Origin: Antedon mediterranea | Taxonomy: Eukaryota; Animalia; Echinodermata | Assembly: GCF_964355755.1 (NCBI RefSeq) | Contig: NC_092675.1 | Coordinates: forward strand, 15,906,912 to 15,970,911 | DNA: 64,000 nucleotides | Direction: 5' to 3' | In this document: piece after piece, positions 50,146 through 63,840 of the stretch | Layout of the letters: the number at the start of each line of letters is the position of its first letter | How positions within the stretch are numbered: position 1 is the first letter of the stretch | Position numbers and translations under genes: made by a program | Notes under the pieces: generated by a model | What the model was told of the DNA's origin: nothing | The model's input: only the letters and a program-made list of their open reading frames with translations | The model's database searches: none

Positions 50146-50942
50146 GTATGTAATATTGATTCTACACAAATAGCAAAACCTGTACAGTTTAACTTGATTT
50201 CGTAATTCAATATCACCATGGTATCACAGTACCATAGGATGCTGAACTTATAAACGCATTATACCTGTAGATTACTAAGATAAACGCAAATGTCTAATGA
50301 ATCAAATCATTATATGCCTATACAATGTGAATAAAATATACTAAACTAACAAACTGAACTAACTTAATGTCTAAAAATAAACAGCTTGTGATATCAGCTA
50401 CCTAGTGATTGTCACACTCAGTATGTGACAACGAATACGATCATCATAATCATAATTCAATTTTTAATATTTCTGGTATGTTCTTCACAAAGTATAGAAC
50501 GTTTATTTCCATAAAGTTTGAATTATTTGCTGTACCCTATTTCTCAATGAAATGATTCTATCAAAGGCTATGTAATTACAATGTCCTATACATGCCACAA
50601 GTCTTTAATAAACGTAAATAATTATTACAATGTTTATTCCCAATACCACTTTTACCACCACCACCGGAAATTCTGGCGCACGCGCGAAAAAAGTCCTATT
50701 TTATTTATTTAGTTGTCTGTTTCTCTATAGTGTTTTGAGAAATGTCCCTTGGTACAACCAGGCAATAATAAAATTGTCTGTTGGTGCAAAGATCATAATA
50801 ATGTCATGGCAAAAAGTATTTCACAATAAAACATGCAACTTCCTTAAAATTATTCAAATTGGAGTTTACACGAATTTAGAAATCTATAACATTATTATTA
50901 CAATAATTATTGTGAAACACTTATAAAACTATAATATTTCAG

Positions 50943-51305
50943 GTGTTGCGTATTGTAATTACGATGAATTTGTATGCGTAAATGGTAGGTGTATATCTGA
51001 CAGATGGATTTGTGACGGGGACAACGATTGCGGAGACAACACGGATGAGTTCTCCTGTCCGCGTGTTACTTGTGATGAAAACGAATTTATGTGTGATGAC
51101 ACAAGTTGCATTACGCATCGATGGAAGTGCGATGGTGATACAGATTGCCTTGACTTATCCGATGAGTCTGATGAAATATGTATGGTTGAACGGAATGGAT
51201 GTTATGATGACGAATTTACCTGTGATAATACAGAATGCATTGTTAGACATTGGCAATGCGACGGAGAAGATGACTGTACAGACGGATCTGATGAATCTAA
51301 ATGTC
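50943..51305 (+). CDS. LDLR-family exon 2: three LDL-receptor class A repeats
   Basis: CNYDEFVC...[13 protein letters not shown]; [13 protein letters not shown]; [13 protein letters not shown]; ag|...|gtaagt, phase 1-1. Confidence 0.95.
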
Positions 51306-51663
51306 GTAAGTTGTTTCATTGGTGTCTACAGGATTTATGACGTGAGCTTTCTACAGTTAGTTAGACCAGACCGGGGACCAGACACACAAAATGATAGGTG
51401 TAAGGTGTACCATATTAAAAGCATAAGCCAAGATAGTCTAAGAAATAATTAATGCAATCTAAGTATATTCAATAACTGAAGTCAAGTAAGCCGTAAAGAT
51501 ATAAAATAATATTCAGTGATTCAGGTGTGTCCAACAGTGTTCTAATGTATTCAAGGACCATCTTTGGGCACGTCCGAGATGGCACGCGAGAAAACGAGCC
51601 TATCTAGTATTCAAAATGAACAACACGATGTGATAAGCTACATGTGCCTTTTCATTTCCGTAG

Positions 51664-52276
51664 GTGATTGCTCTTTGAATCTGGAGGGTGATTATCATTG
51701 TCACAAAAATTCGTGTCCGATTGGTTTTGCGTTAAATATTTCTAATCAATGTGAAGACATCGACGAATGTAAACAATTGAATTCAAATGTGTGCAGCCAA
51801 GAATGCAGAAACACCGTCGGTGGTTTTTCTTGTTCTTGTCTGGACGGATATATTCTCGTAAACAATAACTGCAGAGCTCTTGGGCCTACCGGTACCCCGT
51901 TTGTTGTCTTCTCCACCAGGATTGATGTTCGCAAATACATCCCATCACAAAGAGTCTACACATTGGTGGCTAATAATCTATCAAGTGCCCTTGCTCTCGA
52001 TTTGGACATTAACAAGAAGGAAATATACTGGACTGATGTGGTTCAGAAAAAGATCTTTCGCGCTAAGATTAATATATCGAAACCTGAAGTATTTATTGAC
52101 GTACAAGATCAAGCAGAAGGTATTAGTATTGACTGGATCTATCGAAATGTTTACTGGACTAATAAAGCAAAGAGGATCATTGAAGTTGCGAGTCTTGACG
52201 AACCAAGCAAACGATCCGTTCTAATTTCAAACAATTTGCATATGCCTAAAGACATTTCAGTTGATCCGAGAGTTGG
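51664..52276 (+). CDS. LDLR-family exon 3: partial EGF-A, calcium-binding EGF-B, first half of the YWTD propeller
   Basis: CEDIDEC...CSQECRNTVGGFSCSC; IYWTD, VYWTN; donor GG|gtaagt. Confidence 0.95.
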
Positions 52277-52392
52277 GTAAGTTAAATTATTTGTCAGGGC
52301 TTTATACTTCATGGCGTATATAGGCTATTTTTTTATTTCATACGCAACAGCGAGTAACTTGCCAATTACAAGTATACCGGTACTTTATAATG

Positions 52393-52537
52393 TATCGTGC
52401 TTATAAACTAAGTCTCATTTTAGGCTCAGGAAGTGGAGTTGAACGAGTAGTAAGTTAAAGCCCTCGCACTAGGTCAGGATTGAATCTTAGACCTTGAGAT
52501 TGGAAGGCAAGTACGTTAACCACCAAGCTACAACTCC
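52393..52537 (-). mobile_element. Short tRNA-derived repeat in an LDLR intron
   Basis: Similar to 63583-63720. Confidence 0.6.
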
Positions 52538-52559
52538 TAATATTGTTGATATCCTACAG

Positions 52560-52960
52560 GTACATGTTCTGGTCTGATTTGGGAGAAAGAGCTATGATTG
52601 AACGAGCAGAAATGAATGGACAGCGGCGACAAACTATTGTTGACACCTCCATCACCTGGCCAAATGGGTTGTCCATCGATATAGTGAATGAGCGTTTGTT
52701 CTGGGTCGATGCTAAGCTCTATAGTTTGAGTAGTGTGGATTACGATGGTTTGAACAGACGCACAATAATCCAATCAGAATCGATTCTTCCTCATCCATTT
52801 TATATCACAGTATTTGAAGACTATGTTTACTGGACTGATTTAAAGGAAGGGCGTGTTATGAAGGCCAATAAATTTACTGGCGAGGGTATTACTGTTTTAG
52901 TTGAAAATCTGTTAACACCTATGGGAATTCAGATATATCATCCTCAAAAACAAATGCAAG
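52560..52960 (+). CDS. LDLR-family exon 4: second half of the YWTD propeller
   Basis: MFWSD, WPNGLSID, LFWVD, VYWTD; cag|G...G|gtgaga. Confidence 0.95.
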
Positions 52961-53021
52961 GTGAGATGTTATTCACAAAGGATGATCAGTAAAACCGGAT
53001 ACAGTATTTATGAGGAGGGGT

Positions 53022-54278
53022 TGTTGAGCCGTGAAATGTGCAAAAAGTCACATTTGTGCAAACAACCACATTTGTGCAAACAACCACATTTGTGCAAACA
53101 TGTTGCCTTCAAATGTGCAAACAACCACATTTGTGCAAACATGGCACCCTCATAATGTGCAAATCTGTAAAAATGTATAATCCACTAATGTGCAAACATC
53201 ATGCCGTTAAATGTAAAAACGATTAGTTTTGACGTTAAATGTGCAAATGAAATTCTACATTAATGTGCAAATCAGTTTTTTCAACCTAAATCGAACTATC
53301 GGACCCATAATGAACTGAGTTAATTAGATATTATTTCTGTTATGCGCGATTTGAACAATGTATGCAATTTGAAATTTATTGACGATTTTCTTGCATCAAT
53401 ATTCACATTGCGCATGGTATTTTCAGTGATTGATAAAACCAAAGCTCATTGAAATCCGTATAAATTAATAAAAATGCAGCTAAAAGAATAGATGTTATTA
53501 AAATTTCGCAAATATTTCTTGCACAAATTCAAATGCGCAACGAAATCTTTGTGCTATTTTAAATCACGCATAAAATTTACCTTCGCTTAAGGATTATACC
53601 ATATTCATATACCTACTTCATCTATATTATTTTCCTGTTAATTAATTTTGTTAAAGAAAATTATTTGCGCAAGAAAATCCTCATAATTTAAAATTGCATA
53701 CATTGTCCAAATCGCGCATAAAAGAAATACATTTTAAATTAAATAATATAAAAAAGTTGTCCTCTTAATTTAAAGGAAATTCACAAAAGATAACTCAGTT
53801 CATTATGTTTTGTGAATTTTAAGGGATTTCAATGGTATGGAAGTCTCCATCTTCAGCAAGCAGCGACCACGTGTCAGTCTTGCATCGCCGGCGAGGACAT
53901 ACATGGTTGTGGTTTTTCAAAACAAATTATTTCAGCCTGTACTACAATTAAGTGGCTATATCTTAAAAACATTGTTAGAAAAACCCGTGACTAATTAGAA
54001 TTAGGTTATCATTTTGAATGAACAATTTTGGTTGAACAAAAATTATTTTCACGTACATTTGTAGAATTTCATTTGCACATTAATTTTAACGTCAAACTGA
54101 TCGTTTTTACATTTAACGGCGGGATGTTAGCACATTATTGGGTTATACATTTTTACAGATTTGCACATTTGAGGGTGCCATGTTTGCACAAATGTGTTTT
54201 TTGCACATTTGAATGCAACATGTTTGCACAAATGTGGTTGTTTGCACAAATGTTTTTTGCACATTTCACGGCTCAACA
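53022..54278. mobile_element. Non-autonomous TIR element (Ginger-like TGT...ACA ends) containing a second inverted-repeat element at 53306-53807
   Basis: About 260-bp TIRs TGTTGAGCCGTGAAATGTGCAAAAA rich in tgtgcaaa; flanks GGGT/GAGT. Confidence 0.8.
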
Positions 54279-54617
54279 GAGTATAGTAAGTAAATTTTAA
54301 TAGAAATTGAAATTCGAGGTGAACTACAGTATTTGTTTTTCAATAGATAAACTTGGCAAATACAATTATTAATAAAGATCTAACATTTCTAGCACTAGGC
54401 CTACAATATCAATACTTACATATTTGTGTTGAAAGACAATTTGAACGATCTAATACAATCCCGAATTTGGAAATTCTTATGAAGGCCTAAATTATTTGTT
54501 TCCCGATCTTGTTTGGACAATTAATCGCTTCATTCATACATATTCCTCCTATTTACAAGAAAATCCATTTATTCATAACAATAATACATGAATAATATAA
54601 AATTCTAATATTATTAG

Positions 54618-54827
54618 GAATTGTGAATCACTGTGAAGGTCAAAATGGTGGATGCTCTGATCTGTGCGTAGCTGCTCCAAGACTTAGAAACCCCTATCAT
54701 GCTAAATACTCTTGCCTTTGTCCCAACAACTCGTCACTATTTCCAGACGGACTAACATGCGATGAAAAAAAGAATCCACCAACACAATCTCATAATCAAA
54801 CGGTTGATTCATATACGATAACAACAG
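54618..54827 (+). CDS. LDLR-family exon 5: EGF-C and short Ser/Thr-rich stalk
   Basis: NHCEGQNGGCSDLCVAAP...YSCLCP...DGLTC; phase 1-1. Confidence 0.93.
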
Positions 54828-55698
54828 GTAAATATAATATTGCTTAATGTGTATATAAATTTAATTATTTTAACTTTGAATAAATCAGATCATAAGGAGG
54901 ATTTACTTACTTACTTTTGAATATTATCGTGAAACTTCATCAATAACCAATAATTTAAATGAGGATAAGAAGATAGAAGACACATTCCCAGGATTAATTA
55001 AATCAACAGATTGGTTACTTCATAAACATTTCAAATCATATGGAAAATGAATAAATATACAACAATTATGAACATATTAATAATAAAAGCAAGAAATATA
55101 AGTGGAAAACGGACGGCACAGCAAGCAAGCTTTAAACATAATATAAACATTGTGAATAGAAAATGAGTAGAACAATATTTTCTGTCTACACACTATCAAA
55201 CTAGTTTGACATGTCATCATGTCCTTATATGGGCACATCACATACTTTTTTTATCACATAAAGTTATAGTGTAGACAACAAATGTAGAATCTCATTAACC
55301 GTGAATCAAAAGTGGAAGTAAGCAAGAACGTAATGAACTGGTGTCATCCTCAGCTATGATCCGATGACCTTCAAGGATTATGTAATCGATATAATATAAT
55401 ATTCAAGATTGTAGAAATATATGCTATAGTTAAATTTTATTTACAGCACAAGAGTATTGTGTTCAAACAATATGGGCCTTCATAAGGTTGTAATTGTTTT
55501 ATGTAATGGAAAACGGATGATATGTAATTATGCTGGGTGTCGATTGTAAAGAAGAAAAACATGATGTTTGAATCTTTTTGGATGAGTTAGACTTGACATA
55601 AAAGCCATCACTTTGTTAAAGGATTTGACTTTATACAAACTGGTATTATATTATAAGTGACCAATGTAAGGTCAATAGTTGGTGTGTACATCATAATA

Positions 55699-55845
55699 CA
55701 GTAGAACTCCTTTGGAAAAGCTCTATTAAGGAAACACTTTCTCGTGAAATGAACGAGGGGTAATACTTTGACACATGGTCAACTATTCTGTTTGGGGGAG
55801 ACGTTTTTGGTCCCAAAGATGTCCACTTAAATAGGAGTTCTGATC
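55699..55845. mobile_element. Decayed Tc1/mariner-type MITE
   Basis: TA-CAGTAGAACTCCT ... ataggagttctg. Confidence 0.45.
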
Positions 55846-55931
55846 TATTAGGAGTATAATTGTTTATAAATTTCGATATATAAGACGAACTACGGTGAAT
55901 AATGACTAAAGCTTATATAATTTTTTTATAG

Positions 55932-56040
55932 ATACCGCCATGAGTGACCACTCAAATTTGTCTTCAAATTATCTTCTGCCTACAATTGTATTCGTATTAC
56001 TCGCCATTCTACTAGCTGTAGGAATCTTCATTTATTGCAC
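55932..56040 (+). CDS. LDLR-family exon 6: transmembrane helix
   Basis: LLPTIVFVLLAILLAVGIFIYC; tttttttatag| and |gtaagt. Confidence 0.9.
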
Positions 56041-56318
56041 GTAAGTTTTATACACGATATGCTAAATTTGACTCGTCGATACTTTGTACCCTCTTTTATG
56101 TGGAATACAATGTTCTTTATTATTAAAATATACATTAATAATATTCTTTTATAATGTACTGAAATATACCAAAGTATTATTCGAATAGACCTGTGATTGC
56201 TTTTTCATTTATCCTGCTCCCGTTCATAGCGCGTAGGTATATCCTTGTAGTTAAGCAAAAACAATGCAATAGTCAGGAGCTGGAGTAAAAACATAATTAT
56301 ATTTTAATAACTTAACAG

Positions 56319-56451
56319 GTCCGTACATACAAATAAACACAAGCGAGCGATCCTAAACAGTTTTAGAGACGTAGATGAATCTAACGACCAAGAAACGACT
56401 TCTATGAAGCAACATGACGTTGCCTTTGTCGACGATGAAACCAAGATTTAG
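56319..56451 (+). CDS. LDLR-family last coding exon: cytoplasmic tail ending DDETKI*
   Basis: Acceptor cttaacag, phase 2 matches exon 6; total CDS 1881 nt = 626 aa; alternative AGs at 56229 and 56236 not excluded. Confidence 0.7.
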
Positions 56452-58739
56452 AATGAAACGAAGACTTAGAACGAAGATTTAGAATATACCGTAGGTTATA
56501 ATATTATGTGATTTAAGATATTACGAGGTAAAAAAATATAAAAACAAAATTAAATCATGGACCATCCATATCTACAAAGGAAACTATTAATCACGAGCAC
56601 CACGGGCACTAACCAACAACAAAAAAATTAGTCATTTTGTGGGATTTTCTTATGCATTTTATATTATTTTAGTTTTTTAGCAAAATAGAGCCTCTCATTT
56701 ACTGTGACATTATTTAAAACGATTTTTAATTTTGATAATAACCGTGCTAATTAATTAAGCTTCATAGGCCTAAAATATACACATTTCTTTTCTATCAAGA
56801 AATCCTTCCTTAGGGAATAAAATTAAATTGACGATCTGGTGTATACCACACATCAGTCTAGCGCCATCTCAAGGTTTGTGGTGAAAAAGTATATTCGTAA
56901 CAGATACATGAAATCAAACACGAACAAGCAACCTAATGACCACCTTGTCACTTTCAATGCCTATCAATACCCGTCATCATTTCATACAGTGTTTATTCAA
57001 CTCGTTCTCCTTCCTCAACCTCTCGACTGGAGACGGACACAAAATGCCAGAATCAGTTTCTTTCTGATGGGCAAACTATGCAATCTTTTTGTCGAACAAT
57101 TTCCTAATTCGCAGCAAAACATGCAATTGTATAATTGAAGCAGGCGAATTGATCACCGGAATTTGACCCGACTCGGAATCGTCAAACCAATTATACTCAC
57201 CTATTTCGACGTATCCACCTTTTAGAGCAAACTATTCTGCCAATCCGGAATGTGAGAGATTAATTTACACGACGAACTGACATTTAGAATGTTCTCACAT
57301 TATTACCATAAAATGGAAAGTGACAAGATTGTTGTTTCATATGTGAAACGTATGATTGAAAACAAACTACCATCGAATATATAATTGAACTATTAACAAC
57401 TTTCAACCTTTTATCGATTTTAAATTAATTTCTAAAAAGACAAACTGAGATATAAGTTGATTGACCGTTTAAATGATACAATATGAGTTTGAATAGCTTG
57501 AGTCCATATTGAAAATGACTGCCACCATTTCATACTGTAATTTACCTATTTCATCATTTTCTTAGTTATACGTAATTACACTTATTGTGGTGATAAATAG
57601 ACAACAAAATAATCAATTGTTAATTGGAATTCAATGGAGACTTGCTAAGGATGCACCTCCTCTGGATTTTCCACTTTAAATCTGATTTCACTGATATGGA
57701 TATTATTTCCTATAAATATATAATTCAATTAGGCTCTAATATTAATATTGATTAATAATAGGTTTAATACCTTACAGATATTACATTATTATATTATATT
57801 ACTACCGTAAGTTTACAGAATATCAGTAAAGTATTCGTTAATTTAATTTCGATAAAAACATAATCGTCAATTATAAGATAATATTATTACAGAACTAATT
57901 CTCAACTCATTAACGGGTATTGTTTGAATGTTTTGTTTCTTTACATTTTTAGTGTTGCTATAATTCCTGTTATTATTTTAAAATTGCAAATATATTATAG
58001 CGTTGTAATGCTACCATATGCTTGAAATAAATTATTAATTAATTATGTTCGTTTTACATAATTTGGTGTGGTAAACTTGTTTCCAATAAATACCAGTCCT
58101 ATGCCATCATCATCATCTTAAGCGCAGTCATCGTTAGACATTGCACGGCTCAATTGTGTTTGCTATACTCTGTACGTTTTTGAGCAAACATGTATAGGTC
58201 CGCATGTGAAAAGTTCCGTTTCCATTTTTATGTTTGCCATCCATGTTCTTTTCGGTCTTCCTTTTGATCTTTTGGTCTTTCACATGTATATGTGAACTTT
58301 ATTCAATCAATCGTACATTTGTTATAATGGTAACCACAATAAGATATAATATTACAGTAGATTTTTACAAAAAAACAAGACCAATATAAATATTAATTAT
58401 AAAATATATACAATGATTATTTACAGTAATGATAATAATAAAAATTAATTGTTTATATTGAATATTATTGGAAACAGAAGTTGAATAATAAAATACTGGA
58501 AAGTTTAATTAGAGGTTTACAATCAATGGAAAAGATGAAAACATATAATATTGTAAGTATTAAAAGTAGCAGTGTTTAGGGAGATTACTGTATATTGGCA
58601 ACGGCACACAGTTGAACATGGTTTTAAGCAAACGTAATATATTGATTGATTGAATCGGGCATCACTATAAGCAAAGCTTTAAAATGTGATGTCCTATGTA
58701 ACAATTAAAAATTGGAAAAAATAAATAAATAAATAAATT

Positions 58740-59030
58740 ACAATAAAAAAAAATAACAATTTCGCTGAGCCTCTTCTGAGTGTGATCTTAGCTTGTGTGT
58801 TTCATTTAATCAGAGCATGGCCATACCATGTCAGCCTTCTTTTCTTTACATCCTTTCTCCACTCGATCTCTCCTCTTCTTTTATACAATTTTTTTATTTC
58901 CTCCGGCCACCTTATATCATATTATTCTCTTCAGGAATTCCAGGTATAATCTTCTTCAAACAGGATGATCATTTACTGCAGTCCCTTTTAGGGATGTCAT
59001 AGCCTATATGCTTAGGAAGCTCTAAATATT
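58740..59030 (-). mobile_element. RTE-like LINE 3' fragment
   Basis: Minus strand LEHIGY.IPKRLQ...IIPG...GGRRK...WHGMA pattern with T/A tail; decayed. Confidence 0.4.
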
Positions 59031-62000
59031 TCGGGAAATCGGCCGAACCTGAAAACAATTTCAGAAAGCCATTTCTTAGCTTATAAGATTGTTGGCCTAA
59101 CCACAGATTAAGTTGCAGATGTTACCACTGTTTTCCACTCTCAAAATAATGAAACCATAATAATGTAAGATTGTGTATAGAAATAATTAAATTAATAATA
59201 AAAATGATTAGCACTGCCAGTCATCGAATACGAATGACATTTGTCTTATTTCTTTCTTTGTTTGCAGCGCATTCATCATACACATTCATAAGCATAGCAG
59301 TCGTTAGATGTTTCCAGGCTACTTAATACTGGGTATCGCAAAAAGAATAGGCCTAAGCATCAGCACAAACATTTGATTTTAACTATAAATTTTGAATATA
59401 AAATATCCTAATTATTTAATTGCCAAAGTTATTTGTAACAAAATGACATAATTAATCAAACGTGTCTTTATTCGTTAAACAAGTACTGCACTCTCAGTAA
59501 AATGAAAGATTTAGATAGCGTAGTTAGAATATTACCACTTTTTATTTCAACAATAATTATTATTACATGTTAGAACAATTGCATATACGGCACTTCTGTT
59601 AAGTTGTTTTAACTCATTCATTCTGATTTAAGTATGTGTTCACACCTGCAATTATGATCCATATTAACGTGTGTTTATACTAAGTTATTCGAATAAAAAA
59701 AGGTCAATGTATACGGAAATGTATAAAAGTGTCTGTTAGCTATTTACTTAATGGTTCTAGTGTCAAACCTTAGTAGAAACGTAAACAGACGAGAACAAAC
59801 AGAACAAACCCGCTTGGGATTCTTGAGCAAGTAGGAGGTGCAAACTTGTGTTCAAAACAGGTCTCTTCTTTCCGTTTTGGTGTCCCTGCGGGGGTACGTT
59901 AGGACAAAGCCCAATTTGTTAGTTTTCAGTTTTGGTTAGGACTAACTTGTCACTCATCGATGCGGTAACGCTTGTAGCTACTGTAAAAATATCGGTTAAC
60001 TTAATTGCGCTCCATACCCTAACAGTACAGTATCAATTTTTAATGAGGAAGTATTGAATCCATATATAATGTATGAGACTAATAGGCATACCAAAATTAA
60101 CAAGACAAAAAGTAGGCCTATCTATAATATTCTGAATAATACTGTCCTTTCGTTTATACCAATGTAAAAAAAAACAGAAACAAACTAGCCTAAACTCAGC
60201 TGAAACAAAAATATTTTGTTTATTTACAATATGAAACCTTTTAACAAGAATCACTTATTTTTTTGTAAACAGGTAACTGGTGTTCACTGGTGATAACTGC
60301 GGAAAACTAGGCTACTAATATAGGCCTACACAATTACCGTGAAAACATTGTATGTTCTTACCAAAACGAATACGATTAAAAGACTGATGTGAATTATATA
60401 TTTACTGATAAAAATGTAAGCACTAATTTAAGAATATCGATATACTATTGGAAACTTAACGAATGAAAGTAATCCGTTCATCGTACAAACAATTAAAATA
60501 GGCTTAGGCCTACTTGAACATTAACGTACAGGCTCTAAACCTTGTGATGAGTGCACCTCATAAGTTCATTGGAATATGCAAATAATGCTATAAAAACTAA
60601 TATCTTTAACACATTTAGAATAGCTTTACTTGTGTAACATTTAAAAATAACGAATGTATTTTAATTCATACACAAAAATACAAACCATACACTAAAATTA
60701 ACACCAGTTTTAACCAAATTAAAGGATAGGCCTATATAGTTATATTCATTCATTAATTTCCCTTATTTCGGATAGTTCATCTATATACAAAGCCTACAAA
60801 AAAAGAGAATAAAAAATCACCAGGAAATTAACAGTAACATCTTCCACAAAAACAACCTAAAATGTCCTAAAATGTACACCAACGCTGATGCAGGTTGGAT
60901 GGTGGAAGTACATTGACTATGGTTTTAATTAGAATATTACAACTGTCATGATTATGTAGTTAAAAGCAAAAATAAAAAAACACCAATGTATTATTACAGT
61001 TTCTTCTATTTAAACAAATCTGTTGGCCCTTGACCTGTAAAATGTATAATAGGTCCAAAATACACTACAGGCAGGAAGCCACTAGGCAAACGAGTGTTCC
61101 CATGGGTCTCTGTCCCTACACACACTCATGGAAACACGTGTAACGTATGATGAAGCCACTAATTGTATTCAAAAGTTAGATATCTGGGTTGCTTAAACAT
61201 TATTTCTTAGGGCTTTAGAAGTGTATTTACAGAAGCGGATGATTAGGAAGCCAGAGTGCTTAAATTTGATACACATACAAACTCTCCAGTGTGCCAATTG
61301 GTTTACTCTACCTTTTGTTACAAAATCATTCCTGACGTATGTTTTTAGCAAACTTCGACAGCAAACAACAAGAAATCAACAAGTGAATAACCTTATAAAA
61401 TTTTATGTTTAAAAAGTATTTATAGATAGACTACTGTACATGAAATAAGTTAATGTTTACCGGTATTAATATAGTTAAGCTTTGCTGTATTCTTGCTTGC
61501 TTGATCGTGGCTCACTTCGTCATCAGCAGCAAATTATGCTAGTGGCGTTAAACTTTTCCGATTTATTTTGATGTCTAAACCATTAAAACAATGCCATTAT
61601 TTTGATGGAAATAGACTAAAGTGGGTACTAATTGTTTTGTAGGCTACTAGGCCTACATATTGACGTTTTCACGCTGCTGTTTTAGCCTGGTACGTCCCAA
61701 GAGGACTAACTTATTCAGAAGCTAAAGCAAGCAGCAGTTAGGCCTATAGTTCTAGATGCCGACGTTTTTGGTAATTTGTAAACTAGGACGGGTCATGCTG
61801 AAATTACAAACCCCAAAGCAGGTCTGGGAAAAGAGAGTCTATGAAAACATTTGCTGATAATACATTATTATATATAATATTATGTAGACAGTAATCTGTA
61901 AAATCTTGTTCAATAAATAATGACTTTGTTCTTGCTGTCAACATATGCCAGTATTATAATAGGCCTAATTCACTGTCAAATAATCAAAACATTATTTCTG

Positions 62001-62036
62001 GTATTTACAATAAGTTCCATTTGACTGTCAATCTAG

Positions 62037-62040
<4 letters not shown>

Positions 62041-62090
<50 letters not shown>
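62041..62090. repeat. (AT)25 microsatellite
   Basis: Direct reading. Confidence 0.97.
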
Positions 62091-62094
<4 letters not shown>

Positions 62095-63582
62095 CTGTAA
62101 TTCGCTGTCAGATAATCATTGAATTATTATCAAAACAGTCCATCCATACAGTAAAGTTTTTGGTTGTAATACTGTAGGATGCAATTTATTGACACTTGAA
62201 GCATCTAGGCTTGATGAAGTGACCCCCAGACTTGACTTTAGCAATAAAATAAACAGTGACAGAAATTAAGTCTGTTTAGTATAATAAAGTAATATTATTT
62301 AGACATAATATTTATATAAATTAATTATTTAATAAGCACATCATCTTTTACAGATTCAGTATTTTTTATTTTTCAATTTCAATTGCACAATTATGACATA
62401 TCAAAGTATAAATTCTTGTTGTACTTTACTTCAAATACAAAAGTTATTCACTTTCTGTAACAAAAAAAAAATATTTATTCATGTATTAAAACAGAAAGAA
62501 ACTTTAATTACAACTCAAAAACCATTGTCTGACAGACAATTTAAGTATTTTTTATTTAAAATACATTTTTCAGGTAAATAATCGTATAGTCAATTTGAAT
62601 AACTATTATGTGACAATAACATTACACATTTAAAAACAAATTTAAAATAAAAAATATTTTTCAGGGGGACAATATATCTTTAAAACTGTTACGTCAACAA
62701 AGCGAGCAGCGGTTTTTGTAAGAAATATTTCTTGTTTATTCTCCTTTTTCGAGAACCATCATACTCGAGAACCTTGTTAGATGAGTTGCAAAGTTACCTC
62801 ACTGTTCACTTTTAATATCATGCATTATTGGTACCAAACAATAAATGTGTTGATTTGTTAACACTATAGGCCTATTTTACAAACACAATTTTAAAAAGGT
62901 ATTAGTTTTATTTAGTAGGCCTATTTTTAAACTATGTTTATTTTAATTATCATGTTAAGTTTGTATTTAATTGTGCTTTTTATTTTGTTGTACTGTTAGT
63001 TACCCATGTTATGATATTGACAATGTGATTCACTTTCGTTGTTCTTTTTGGCGTTTTAAATTGTTATCTGTGACAAACCAAGTGTTTGGCGAAATAAATA
63101 AATTGAATTTAGTATAGTGATTAAGAAGTGTTCATAAATTAATTCAATCAAATTAATTGCATACAATCAAACCTATTTTTATTTTAAACGTATACCCTGA
63201 GTAGCCTGTTTTTTGAAAGCTTTGTTGTTGAATCGAAATGAATAGGTAATTGAATCCATGGTCAACAGTTTATCGGTACATTGTTAAATAATCGTTTTGA
63301 AACCACTTTATCATTGTACATTATTCATAACGAATAGTTTTATTTAATTTTCAAAAACATCAAAATCAGAACAAGTCTAAGGAGGCCTTGTGAAGCCTCG
63401 TGGTACGAAATTCAATCATTAACGCTGTCATGCCGTTCAATTAAATCTTTCTCCATTTACATAAATTAAAAAACGTAACATTATCATGGTCGAATCATTT
63501 AGTCCTATATGTCAACGTATAGAATATGTGTTTTTTTTTATTTCATAGGCCAATTATACGATGTATACAATATTTTATAATT

Positions 63583-63720
63583 ATCGTGCTTATAAACTAC
63601 GTCTCATTTTAGGCTTGGGAAGTGGAGGTGAAAGAGTCATGAGTTACGACTCATGACGCAGGTTATAGGATTCAACCCTGGACCCGTTGGATTGGTTAAC
63701 CATCAAGCTACAGCTCCACT
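63583..63720 (-). mobile_element. Short tRNA-derived repeat
   Basis: Similar to 52393-52537. Confidence 0.6.
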
Positions 63721-63727
63721 ACGTTTA

Positions 63728-63840
63728 AAGCTCTAAAAAAGTGCAATATGCTTAAAGTTATATGACGTCATCGCGTCCATAAATGGGCACATCACATTTG
63801 TTGTTGTAACATGAAGTTTGATAGTGTAGACAGAGCTTTA
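63728..63840. mobile_element. Small Harbinger-like MITE, related copy at 55181-55276
   Basis: aaagctct...gatagtgtagacagagcttt; shared atgggcacatcacat core. Confidence 0.5.

Noticed and set aside
50982-51452. 156-aa ORF, and 51880-52224
   Set aside because: Alternative frames overlapping the true LDLR exons
52961-53226. Cys/His-rich ORFs resembling zinc fingers
   Set aside because: Translation of tgtgcaaac TIR subrepeats in an intron
59760-61850. Less AT-rich unique patches as possible exons or enhancers
   Set aside because: No consistent frame or splice pair visible; cannot be supported without conservation or expression data
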